Shown: positions 1-11,995, counted from the first letter of the stretch. The stretch is 64,000 nt of DNA from Octopus vulgaris (GCA_951406725.2 OX597836.1:16492001-16556000), one strand, 5' to 3'. Numbers and translations: made by a program. The notes: generated by a model not told the origin, from the sequence alone.

Positions 1-80
1 TGTCCCTGAATAAGGGTTGTTTAAGGACGATGAACAAAACACATAGGTTCTCTTCTAGGATTCCGGAAAGACGTTATATC

Positions 81-300
81 AGAACCCTGGCCAGCTACGT
101 GTGGCACCTTAAGGATGGAAGAACATCATACGAAATTAAATGGAAGTTCATAGAGCAATTTGGATCCTAAATAAACGTGAGCGGGTGGTGCAAGCTTTGC
201 ACAGCAGCGCAGGCAAAATCCTTAAAGACTCGCTTGACCCGGGGTCCCTTTTAAACTCCAGAAATAGCCCTTGTCCGCATTTTAAAAGCTACCGGCTGCA
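81..300 (+). pseudogene. Penelope-like retroelement GIY-YIG endonuclease C-terminal remnant
   Basis: Manual translation RTLASYVWHLKDGRTSYEIKWKFIEQFGS*INVSGWCKLCTAA, frameshift, then KILKDSLDPGSLLNSRNSPCPHFKSYRL. Matches the PLE GIY-YIG pattern TxLSxxxWxLK...KW...CxLC...LLNxR...CxH; one stop and one frameshift. Confidence 0.8.
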
Positions 301-502
301 AGCGTGAGATTACCCGTTCGTTGATTAGGGCTAAATAATTGCGAATTCGAACAACCTAAGGACGGGGATTCCCCGTTCGTCGATTACGGTCATAAAATGG
401 GCTGACCAGATCGATTTAAAGGCGATAATCCGTCCTGTTTAAGGCTTAGATTTTTCAAATTAACTAACTGTAATGGTTTTCTATCTCTAGTTTTAAGAAG
501 GG

Positions 503-592
503 TTATATGTCTGCGGCTGCCGGAGCCTGACGAATCGTCTATAAGGCTTTATTGATGCGAAACCTTTGGTCACTCTATGACCGGACATATAA
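503..592 (+). ncRNA. Type I hammerhead ribozyme motif in the 3' region of the Penelope-like element
   Basis: CTGACGA 527-533; stem II cgtc-ataa/ttat-gatg; GAAA 559-562; stem III ACC-ttt-GGT; cleavage triplet GTC; stem I gagc/actc (one mismatch); distal helix ttatatgtc/gacatataa; followed by (TAATA)n/(TA)n. Confidence 0.75.
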
Positions 593-606
593 TATAATAT
601 AATATA

Positions 607-659
<53 letters not shown>

Positions 660-1010
660 ATAGAAATTAAATATAAAATATAAATTACAAAGTGGGACAA
701 GAACGCAAAAACACACAAAAAGACGACACAAAAAAAACAGACGGGTCACTCGAAGCCTCTAATCTTCAGTCGGAACCGGATCATCTTAGCAATTTCGGCT
801 GTTTAATCTCGATATCACTCCGAACGGCCAGCCCCAAGGAAAAACTAAGCCACAGGCATTAGATTTCTTGGAAAGAGGATCAAATGTATACGAAACAAAG
901 ACAGGATGCCACACGAATATAAATACAAGAAACAAAAAATAGAAATAAAAAGCAAGAATGGTAAGGAGGACAAAAACAGCGGGCGTCTTATGACTTTAGA
1001 CAATTTTTAA

Positions 1011-1012
<2 letters not shown>
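660..1012 (-). mobile_element. (TA)n-flanked short repeat, probable Penelope-like LTR derivative with decayed hammerhead core
   Basis: Homologous to 22930-23310 (+). Minus strand reads CTGAAGA...cgagt-gacccGTC, but GAAA and stem I are degenerate. Confidence 0.5.
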
Positions 1013-1047
<35 letters not shown>

Positions 1048-1071
1048 TTTATTTAAAACCAGCAGAAATTC

Positions 1072-1124
1072 AACAAAACCTGTTACTCGGAGTTTCACGT
1101 TCCCGTTCTTCGGACAGTTTTGTT
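1072..1124 (-). ncRNA. Minimal type I hammerhead ribozyme (CCGAAGA core variant) in a ~78-bp element between (TA)n tracts
   Basis: Minus strand aacaaaactgt-CCGAAGA-acg GGAA cgt-GAAA-ctccgag-TA-acaggttttgtt; all three stems pair. Confidence 0.8.
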
Positions 1125-1237
1125 ATATATATATACACGCACGTATAAAAGAAAAAAAGTATGACACAACGACCCAGAGAGAGGCTAAGGATAACTGTCT
1201 TAGATGGATTGGTGGAGTATAGAGAGATTGCTAGATG

Positions 1238-1281
<44 letters not shown>

Positions 1282-1571
1282 GAGAGTGACAGAGAGGTGG
1301 CTACAGAGAGAGAGAGAGAGATGTCTGTAAAGAAACTTAGGCGTCTATGAGTGTAGTGTTGTATGTCTGTGTTTGTGTGTGTGAAGGTGAGAGGGAGATA
1401 AAGTGAAGGGGGCAAGAGAGGGCAATGAGTGTCCGGAGGTGATGGTCAAGTCTTAATTGACCATCTCAACAGGAGACATCTATAACAACCTCTATTGTTC
1501 AATATAACCGATATTGGACAACGGACAAAACTTTCGTTCCTTCCCCATTTAGAACTGAGATGATCAACAAA

Positions 1572-1638
<67 letters not shown>

Positions 1639-1693
1639 GCACACACACACACACACACAAACACACACACCTCACACCACGCACATACACACA

Positions 1694-1730
<37 letters not shown>

Positions 1731-1818
1731 CACGCCACACACACACACACGAGTGCATATAGACACAGATATACGTTTACGTGTATGTATGTATGTATGT
1801 ATGTACACACACATATAA

Positions 1819-1856
<38 letters not shown>

Positions 1857-2177
1857 GTATGCATGTATACATATATTCACAAACACACAAATATATTCAG
1901 TTACTCATGTGTGTATGCGTGTATGTATGCGTGTGCGTGTGTGTGTGTGTGTTTGTGTGTATGTGTGTGTGTGTCTCTGTGTCTGTGTGTACTATTACAA
2001 ATACATGCATACATATAAACATAGACATCCATGTACATACAGAAATCCGCCTGAGATCAAGTGTAACTTCTTACTATAGAACACTGCTCTCAATCATACA
2101 TACTTATATATATATGTATATGTATATATATTCATGTATGTGTGTTTACACACACACACACACATACGCACTTTCTT

Positions 2178-2221
<44 letters not shown>

Positions 2222-2386
2222 TCTCTCTCTCTTTCACACCTATTCGTATCGATTACGTATCGTCTGGTACTTATGTTTAAAGGGACGTAATCGGAAACAA
2301 ATACCGCCAGTTATTTTGGTCCGACGCAGCCACTCTTCTTATAACACCCGCCGCTACACACACACACACACACACACAAACATGGA

Positions 2387-2426
<40 letters not shown>

Positions 2427-2580
2427 TGTGAGTGTGTGTGTGTGTATGTGTGTGTGTGAGTGTATGTATGTGAGTGTGAGTGTGTGTGCGTGTGTGTATG
2501 TGTGTGTATGTGAGTGTGTATGTGGTGTGAGTGTGAGTGTGTGTGTGTGAGTGTGAGTGTGTACGTGTGTGATTGTGTGT

Positions 2581-2626
<46 letters not shown>

Positions 2627-2994
2627 GTGTGAGTGTGTGTGTGTGTGTGAGTGTGAGTGTGTGTGAGTGTGTGTGTGCACGCAGTCTTGCTGAATGGTTT
2701 AATAAGTTTGCTTCACAATTACGAAGTCCCAGGTTCGGTCCTATTGCATAACATCTTGGCAAATGTCATTTCTACCACCTTTGTTCGCCCCCGTATCTTC
2801 AGAGTGATATTGTACAGGCGGAAACTGTAAAGAAGCCCGTCGGGTAGATTGTACCCGTAATTCAAAATTTGGAACAATTTTTACACACATTGTGTCACAC
2901 TGATGGGCCCGAGTGACGCTGACACAAGTTAGTAACAAACCCACAATTCAGTCTTCGGTGGACGAAATTGGAGCATACTATTTGAGCTCGAGCA

Positions 2995-3287
2995 GATATG
3001 CGATCGACCAGACTCTCAGATGTTGCTACACATCGCTGGTCACAATGCGCTTCGCATTGTTTTAGCCTTCAAAATGACGCCACCCTGCTGGCTAAGCGAG
3101 CAGGCCAACAGAAGAAAGAGTGAGAGAAATTTGTGGCGAAAGAGTACAGCAGGGATCGCCACCACACACCCCCCTGCCGGAGCCTCGTGGAGCTTTAGGT
3201 GTTTTCGCCCAATAAACACTCACAACGCCCGGTCTGGGAATCGAAACCGCGAGTCCGCTGCCTTAACCACTGGACCATTGCGCCTCC
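2995..3287 (-). mobile_element. tRNA-derived SINE family C (OR-like)
   Basis: Head ggaggcgcaatggtccagtggttaagg...ggtttcgattccc with A/B boxes; same family as 6485, 13210 and 40214. Confidence 0.85.
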
Positions 3288-3438
3288 AAAAGTATATATA
3301 TATATAAATACTTTCTGTTTTCTTTTTCACTTTCCAATTTTTCAACCTTCCACCTTTTATATCTACTTCTTTCTCGCCTTCTCTCGCTTTTTCTCTCATC
3401 CTATCGTCCTATATTTAGCTTGCTGCGCCATGTGGGCA

Positions 3439-3522
3439 GTGCCTGAAGATTGTGCTGACACACCAGACGTGTTAAAAGATATTGTCTGGCATGCTTTCAT
3501 CGCATGAAATTAAGAGTAGCAC
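3439..3522 (+). ncRNA. Type I hammerhead ribozyme with long stem II, in a (TA)n-flanked element (~3305-3615)
   Basis: gtgc-CTGAAGA-[gtgc..ccagac..gtctgg..gcat]-GAAA-ttaagag-TA-gcac; stem I gtgc/gcac; cleavage triplet GTA. Confidence 0.8.
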
Positions 3523-3610
3523 ATAAAAACATATATTGTGGTTATTAAATAATATTATCTCTCAACAGATAAGAGTTCTTTTTTGTTGGTCTTACCATCA
3601 TGGAACAGTA

Positions 3611-3671
<61 letters not shown>

Positions 3672-4126
3672 TATATATGTGTGTGTCTAGACTATGTATG
3701 AATGCATGAGATGAAGTTTATGTGTGTATGTGTTGCATTTGCGTATATCATTCCATCAGACAATGAGGAGTTTATGGCTGTCTCTCTATACGTGTGCGCG
3801 TGTGTGGTGTGTGTGTGTGTGTTAAACAGTTTGTATGTGCGTGTGCGTGTGTCTGCGTGTGTATGTGTGTGTGTCTGTGTGCGTGTGCTCCTCTGTGTTT
3901 GCGTACGTTTCTGTGTGTTTTTGTATGTGTGTGTGTGTGTCTATGAATGAAGTATGCGAGGTATGAGTATACAAGTGTGTGTGTGTGCGTGTGTGTAAGA
4001 GAGAGAGTGCGTCTTCTTCTGTGTGTTTGCGTGTATGTGTGTGTTTGTGTATGCTTGTGTGTATGTGTGTGTGTGTATGAATCAGATATGCGATGTATGA
4101 GTCTACAAGTGGTGTGAGTGTGTATA

Positions 4127-4160
<34 letters not shown>

Positions 4161-4756
4161 GTGTTCACTGAAGCGTGACAAATGGTTTGTTAACACCTAT
4201 CTGTGTTTATTGTTTAAAAGCAGGTGTAATTACATTACAAGTACCGAGACGGTTGATGTTGATGGGGTGGGGGGAAAGCGATTGTAACTAGAAGAGCAAA
4301 ACTGCTGTTCAGTCTTTAGTTTTCCCTCCCACCACCATCAAACTCTGTATGTTCAGAGTTCAAATCCACCGCCGGTCGGTTTGGCCTTTCGACTTATTTG
4401 CGGTCGGACAAAATGAATGACTGTTCCCAGTATTACGTCAAGGCACACTGGTGCCCCACGATCTACCAATGGTTAATATACTTTAATCTTTTACTTGTTT
4501 CAGTCATAATATTGCGGTCATGCTGCAGCGCCACCTTAAAGAATTAAAGAATGAATCAACCCCCAAAATTTTTTAAAGCCAGGTATCGATCTGATTCGCC
4601 TAAACGCTAAGTTCTGGGGACATAAACACACCAACACCGGTTAACAAGTAGTGGTAGGAGACACACACAACACACACACACACACGTGACCGCGTGTGTA
4701 CCGTTGGCGATTTTATCTCCTCTGTCTTCCCTTCTCTGGATCTTTCCTTTTCCTAT

Positions 4757-4791
4757 GTTTCCGACGAAGAGCTCCGCTCGAAACGTTAAAC
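4757..4791 (+). ncRNA. Minimal type I hammerhead motif (CCGACGA core) in repeat ~4695-4893
   Basis: gttt-CCGACGA-a-gagc tcc gctc-GAAA-cg-TT-aaac; identical copy at 16090-16124; element ends in (TA)n. Confidence 0.7.
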
Positions 4792-5352
4792 CCTCCTTCT
4801 TTCCTTCTTTCCTGAGCGTCCAATAATACTATATTTGTTCCACGTCCTCGCGTTATTGTGTTTTCTCTTTGTGTTTTCATATTTGGATTAACTTTATATA
4901 TACACATATATATATATATATATGAACATTATCGAACACACATACTCATACGACAGGCTTGTTCGCTGATAGGCTGCAACGTGGCTCGGTGGATACGACT
5001 CCATCAAAGAGCCGGCTGTTTAAACACCTGGAAGTCTTGAATGACTCTCCCCAGGCACAACAAAATATGGTTCAACACACGAACTCACATAAAGAATCTT
5101 GCAAACCAAATCCCAAAACGAAGTAGGTGTGTGTATGTGTGTGTGTACGCGCGCGTCTGTGTTTGTCCTCCCACTACCGCTTGACAACCGGTGTTGGTGC
5201 GTTTATGTCCCCGTGACCTAGAGGTTCTGCCAAAGAGACCGACAAAATAAGTAAAAGACTTAAACAATAAGTACTGGGGTTGATTAATTCGACTAAAAAT
5301 TCAAGGTGGCGCCAGAGCATGGCCGAAGTCTAATGACTGAAACAAGTAAAAG

Positions 5353-5412
<60 letters not shown>

Positions 5413-5431
5413 CAACAAGAATGAGTCCGGT

Positions 5432-5522
5432 AATTTGGTACGATCGTTTCGTACTACATCATTTTATTAAATGTTGTAAGTATTACAACAGATTTAAGAT
5501 GCTGAGTACTCATCAGCCAATT
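5432..5522 (-). ncRNA. Canonical type I hammerhead ribozyme with extended stem II and palindromic stem III
   Basis: Minus strand ttgg-CTGATGA-gtact...(tgttgtaa tac ttacaaca hairpin)...agtac-GAAA-cgatcg-TA-ccaa; perfect core; element 5411-5807 is bounded by (TA)n on both sides. Confidence 0.9.
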
Positions 5523-5803
5523 TCTATATATATTACTGCTAGCGACAGCTGATGAAGGGGATTTTTCCTTGTGCAGCATGTCCTGTACTTCGTTTTTCTG
5601 CTGTACATAATGTTTTTCCCGTTTTCGTTTTCGTCTTGTTCCACGTCTCTGTCCTTCTGTTGTAACAAAATGGCTTTTCCGTTTTCGTTTCTGTTGATTT
5701 TTACGTCTTCTTGTGGTGTCCTGTACGTATATATATTTATATATGCATGTAGATGTCGGTACGTACATATATGTTTGTATGTATGCATATATTTTATTTA
5801 TTA

Positions 5804-5861
<58 letters not shown>

Positions 5862-5863
<2 letters not shown>

Positions 5864-6122
5864 CGGGAAGTTTTACGAAAATAAACAAAAGACGAAAGCA
5901 GGTGGAGTACAAACAAACAAATGTATTAGTATAGCGCTCAGGAATAGAAATAGAAACAGTCTTTTACATTTCGTGCCTACGCTCTTCGACAGAAGTATAC
6001 ACAGAAAAAAACAAGAAGAGAAACAAGGAGAGAAAAAAGGAGAGAAAAAAACAAGGAGAGAAAAAGGGAGAGAAAAAAAGGAGAGAAAAAATGCGTGTAG
6101 GAGCTAACGATCTATCATGGCG
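5862..6122 (-). mobile_element. (TA)n-flanked ~200-260 bp repeat with degenerate hammerhead (5961-5995)
   Basis: Homologous to 7783-7980 (+) and 26980-27165 (-); core reads CTGTCGA-a-gagc gtag gcac-GAAA-tgTA. Confidence 0.7.
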
Positions 6123-6484
6123 TATATATATATATATTCTGGTTATCTTATCGTAAGGATTACAAGAATTATAACAAGCTTAAGTTGCTTAGAAAGTTGC
6201 TAGGTTGAGCGAGGTGGGCCTTGGTTAGACGAGGTAACCCGAGTTTGGGTGAGGTTGGGAGGAGATGAGACGAGTCATTACACCAAGATATCTTAGATAT
6301 TTTCAAATGAACTTAAGTAAATTATTGAAATATTTCCTGTTTTTAATTTGGGATAATGATGAAGAGTAGAAGGAAAGAAGATTATTTTGAAAGTTCACAA
6401 ATCTCAAGTTTTTTTTTTCTGAAGTTTTTTTTTATATTTCGTACGGTTTTGATTTTTTTTTTTGTCTGTGTATTTATATGTGAT

Positions 6485-6871
6485 GGAAGCACTCCGTCGG
6501 TTACGACGACGAGGGTTCCGGTTGATCCGAATCAACGGAACAGCCTGCTCGTGAAATTAGCGTGTAAGTGGCTGAGCACTCCACAGACACGTGTACCCTT
6601 AACGTAGTTCTTGGGGATATGATATTCAGCGTGACACAGAGAGTGACAAGGCCGGCCCTTTGAAATACAGGTACAACAGAAACAGGAAGTAAGAGTGAGA
6701 GAAAGTTGTGGTGAAAGAGTACAGCAGGGATCACCACCATTCCCTGCCGGAGCCTCGTGGAGCTTTAGGTGTTTTCGCTCAATAAACACTCACAACGTCC
6801 GGTCTGGGAATCGAAACCGCGATCCTATGACCGCGAGTCCGCTGCCCTAACCACTGGGCCATTGCGCCTCC
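6485..6871 (-). mobile_element. tRNA-derived SINE family C, full length
   Basis: A box TGGCCCAGTGG, B box GGTTTCGATTCCC; near-identical to 13210-13590. Confidence 0.9.
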
Positions 6872-6921
6872 TGTGTATATATGTACATGTGAGTATATAT
6901 GTTTATATATATATATATATA

Positions 6922-7480
6922 CAGGGCGCTGTGAATAAACTGTCGTCTAAATTATGCAAAAATGAAAATAACATTGACATCTCGTTTTAACAGATATATT
7001 TGCCACAATTACATTAAAAATTACGGAGATATACTTGCATAGCAAGTGACCTGATCTGAGATCGTATGCTAGAACGAAAACAATTGTAGCGTGGAAGGTG
7101 TTTATAAGCCATTTAAGAAACACACAAAATCCGATAGATTTGACAAATTAAATTTAAATGTTGAAGTGAATCTAACGGATTTTTGTGTGTTTCTTAAATG
7201 GCTTATAAACACCTTCCACGCTGCAATTGTTTACATTAAAAATCTTGAAATACCAAAGAGTCAAAGAGTAAATTTATTCAATAAAATCACCATTGGCTTC
7301 AACCACGGCCTCCAAAGGACTTTGGAATCTCCTGCAACTCTCCTGGACGGCCGCCTTCAATAAGTTGGTGAATGCTGCCATAATCCTTGCCTTCAGTTCA
7401 TCTTCGGTATCACAAAGAGTTTTGTTGGTCTCTCGTTCATCTGCGGCCCACACATAATAATCAAGAGAACCATGTGCTTG
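6922..7480 (-). mobile_element. maT/DD37D-like (Tc1/mariner superfamily) transposon end, interrupted by a foldback insertion at 7022-7230
   Basis: Peptide LDYYVWAADERETNK...ELKARI...SCRRFQSPLEAVVEANGDFIE*; terminus TA-CAGGG at 6922. Confidence 0.75.
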
Positions 7481-7728
7481 TATGTTCCGACATTTCTTAC
7501 TACGGAAAAAAAATTCAAATGTGAATGAGAAGCAGCCCGAGGAATTTAAACAATATCGAACACACGTACACAATGTATGTATCTTATCAGTTCGTGCACT
7601 AGGCGAATTCTAAGAAACATTCTCTTACGCCTACAATCGCAACCTGCCCACGAACTGACAAAACTCATACCTTGTGTACGTATGTTCATTATTATTTATA
7701 TCCCTCGGCCTGCTTTCTCATTCATATT

Positions 7729-7784
<56 letters not shown>

Positions 7785-7851
7785 TCAGGCGCCATGATAG
7801 ATCGTTAGCTACTACACACTTTTTTTTCTCTCCTTGTTTCTTTTCTGTGTA

Positions 7852-7889
7852 TCTTTCTGTAGAAGAGCATAGGCTCGAAACGTAAAAGA
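7852..7889 (+). ncRNA. Minimal type I hammerhead motif (CTGTAGA core variant) in (TA)n-flanked repeat 7783-7980
   Basis: tcttt-CTGTAGA-a-gagc atag gctc-GAAA-cg-TA-aaaga; stems I and II pair; palindromic ACGT stem III. Confidence 0.7.
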
Positions 7890-7977
7890 CTTTTTCTATT
7901 CCTGAGCGCTATACTAATACATCTGTTTGTTTGTACATCACCTGCCTTCGCCTTTTGTTTATTTTCGTAAACTTCCC

Positions 7978-8042
<65 letters not shown>

Positions 8043-8552
8043 ATGCGGAAGGACCGAACTAGAATCCACCTCTTAAACGGCAATTCTATGCCTTTTGGCT
8101 TTTGTTTTCCTTTCTTTCACACACACCCTCATCATTAAAGATGTTATGTTCATTAATTAGAATTTCTACATACATTAAGTACTTTAGCACCCAATTTTCT
8201 AATTACTTTATATTTGTAATTAGTCAAATATAGTTAATGCTACACGGCTAGAATTACTGCTAATAGCAATTTGTTTATGCCTTAAGGTTGTTTATATGTT
8301 GAGGTTGATTCAACTTTACGGTGTGTTAAATGTAACTTGGATTAAATTAATGTTTACGACTTTTTTCTTCTTTTTTCACGTTTTTAAGCAATTTTTCGGA
8401 GAATTTCGTCAACGCCCGTATTTCAAGTTTGAATATTGGCGAAATTTCGCCTGTAGGCCAAAGGTTACTGGCCCCTGTCTGACTTGCCTTAACCCTTTTG
8501 TTACCATATCTCTCTGCGTTTCAATTACTTTTCAAAATAATGAATAACTTAT

Positions 8553-8720
8553 AGGCGTAGGAGTGGCTGTGTGGTAAGTAGCTTGCTTGCCAACCACATA
8601 GTTCCGGATTCAGTCCCACTGCGTGGCACCTTGGGCAACTGTCTTCTACTATAGCCTCGGGCCGACCAAAGCCTTGTGAGTGGATTTGCGAGACGGAAAC
8701 TGAAAGACGCCCGTCGTATA
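8553..8720 (+). mobile_element. tRNA-derived SINE family A, 5' part
   Basis: Head ggcgtaggagtggctgtgtggtaag...ttcagtccc followed by CORE-like accttgggcaa. Confidence 0.85.
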
Positions 8721-8723
8721 TAT

Positions 8724-8759
<36 letters not shown>

Positions 8760-10091
8760 ATATGTTTGTGTAAAGAGTAAACCACATTTATATACGCACG
8801 TACGCTTATGTACGCACACACACACACGCCCCCATATACGCGCATACCCGCACACACACACGCACGCACAAAAAGGATTATACATACGCTCAAAAAAAAA
8901 AAATATATATATATTTCCTTATGCCTTTTTTCTGTATTGTTACCCTTGGGCAAGTGCCTTCTGCTATAGTCCTGTGCTGACCAAAGCCTAGTGAGTGGAT
9001 TTGGTAGATGGAAACTTAAAGAAGCCTTTCGTGTATGTGTGTACGTGTGTGTGTCTGTGCTTCCCCCACCACCACTTGACAACCGGTGTTGGTTTGTTTA
9101 CGCCCCCGTAAGCATGGATCGGCCCGGAGCAATAGTAGAAATGCAAGGATCTGAAATAAGTACACCAAGCCATTTTTTATACGCTGTAACAATTCTGTCA
9201 ATTCACTGTCCACTGTACTATTTCAGCTACTCCCGGTTGATAATCGTTTATTGATCCCTTTTTTATTTTTTTCCTAAAAGCTATATCGGTATTTCTATTA
9301 ACTCATTTCATAATCACACCAAACGATACCTACAATAGGAATGTTTGCCGGCTAAAAATAGCAGCAAAAGAGAGGGCTTTAACAGAAAGGTGAGCGTCAA
9401 GATCAAGGATATTGATAGTAATGTCGGTAACATAACAATGAAAGAGGCCATCTTCATTAACTCGATCTAAACAATTTCTTTTTGTTAGGTGGTTCTTTTT
9501 CGCCAGTCAGTTTGACCTTGATGTCAAGAACTTGGTGTATTTCATAACGGCTTTTATTGTGGTGGTGGTGGTGGTGGTAGTGGTGGTGGTGGTGGTGGTG
9601 GTGGTGGTGGTTGAGGTTGCTGTCGTTGTTTTCATGATTAGGTTCTTTTGTAGCCGAAATATCGAATAAATAAAATTTCTTTTATTATTTTACCATCGCT
9701 GTGTTAGTTTCTACTGACAATTATAATATATAGATATGCGCGCGCGCGAGTGTGTGTGTAGATATGCATGCATATACATATATATATGTATGTGTGTGTG
9801 TATATATATACACGCACACACACACACACAGATAGGCAGGCAGATAGACAGACATCCACAGACAAACAGATAAATACAAGAAAGATACGCACATATATAT
9901 CTGTACATAGTACACATATCTGTATGCGTGTGCATGTACATATACATATATACTATATATGTGCATGTGTGTATATATGTGTGTATGTGTATTATATAAA
10001 TATGTATGCATATGTGTATACACTGTGCACACATTTCTATTCTTTTCACCAACACACACAAACACAAGCACTCTGTCTTTCACGCACACAG

Positions 10092-10191
<100 letters not shown>

Positions 10192-10332
10192 AAAATGTTT
10201 GTATAAGTTTTACCGACAATGGTTCTTTTAACATACCGAACTACTTGGTAAAATTATTAATATTAAGTAATTAATTCATTTGACCCTTTATTATTATTGA
10301 TATATATATATTGATATATTATTATTGATATA

Positions 10333-10695
10333 GGCGCAGGGGTGGCTGTGTGGTAAGTAGCTTGTTTACCAACCACATGGTTCCGGGTTCAGTCCCACTG
10401 CGTGGCACCTTGGGCAAGTGTCTTCTACTAAAGCCTCGGGTCGACCAAAGCCTTGTGAGTGGATTTGGTAGATGGAAACTGAAAGAAGCCCGTCGTATAT
10501 ATGTATATATATGTATGCCTGTGTGTGTTTGTGTGTCTGTGTTTGTCTCCCTAGCATTGCTTGACAGCCGATGCTGGTGTGTTTATGTCCCCGTTACTTA
10601 GCGGTTCGGCAAAAGAGACCGATAGAATAAGTACTGGACTTACAAAAGAATAAGTCCCGGGGTCGAATGACTGAAACAAGTAAAAGAGTAAAGAG
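10333..10695 (+). mobile_element. tRNA-derived SINE family A
   Basis: Matches the full copy at 14188-14597, with a small tail deletion. Confidence 0.9.
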
Positions 10696-11563
10696 TATGT
10701 ATGTATGTATGTATGTATGTATGTATGTATGTATGTATGTATGTATGTATGTATGTATGTATGTCATGTGCGCACGTGGTAACTCCATAGCCTCTGCTCT
10801 GTCTTTTAGTTTGCTAGACATAACAGTTAAGTTTTCTTTAAAACACACTCCTACCGTCTTTAAAGAAGTGAAGTCCTAGATATACTATGTCAGATAAATT
10901 TTAAAAGAGGAATGGTCATGACTGGAACGTCTATGATCGATTAGAGCTTATCTGGGGTTAAACAATGACAACACACACCACGACCATTCACCACCACTAC
11001 CTTCAGCTACACCACTTTCACAACCACCACCACCACCTCCACCATCATCACCATTTTTCACTACTACCACCACCACCATCTTCGCCACCACCAACACCAC
11101 CATTATCATCATTATCCACCACCAGCACCACCGTCACCATCACCACCGCTATCACTGTCACCGCCGCTGCCACCACCACCACCATCGCCACCACCATCAC
11201 CTTCACCATCATCATCGTCGTCGTCATCATCATCATCATCATCATTGATGTACTCTTTCTCCTACTTCAAAAATAATAACCAAATCCTCTCTCGATGTAC
11301 CCTTCCCTCCCACCTTCAACTTCTTCCTCCCCCTTCTTCACTTACCACTACCCTCACCAACACCATCACCATCACCACTACTACTAACAACACTACCACT
11401 TCATAGCGATAATCGGTTCGCTCCAGCATCACCTCTTCCCCGTACACCAAGGGGCACAGAGTCCAGTAGTGATGTGTGGCGGCGGGGGGGGGGGGGTGAG
11501 TAGGAGACGGAGAAAAGGAGGAGGAGGGGTGGAGTACTGATGAGGATGATAAAACATAGAAGG

Positions 11564-11709
11564 AGAAGAAGAAGAAGAAGAAGAAGAAGAAGAAGAAGAA
11601 GAAGAAGAAGAAGAAGAAGAAGAAGAAGAAGAAGAAGAAGAAGAAGAAGAAGAAGAAGAAGAAGAAGAAGAAGAAGAAGAAGAAGAAGAAGAAGAAGAAG
11701 AAGAAGAAG
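11564..11709. repeat. Pure (GAA)n microsatellite, ~145 bp
   Basis: Directly visible. Confidence 0.97.
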
Positions 11710-11953
11710 GACATAAAAGATGGTGGAAATGGGACAAGGAGGGGGGGGGGTAAGGATGGAGGGAGATAAACGAAAAAAATCTGTAAGATAGGAATAAGGA
11801 ACAGGTTGATCCGGAAACACCCAGCTTTGTTCTCGAGACTAGCATTGGTGGGGTGGGGGTGAGGGAATGACGGGTGGGGAAGAGTCTACTCGGCTGATTT
11901 GCATATTTGCTGAACAAGCACAAAACTTCATATGTAGCGCGCGCGCGTGAGTG

Positions 11954-11961
11954 TACATACA

Positions 11962-11995
<34 letters not shown>

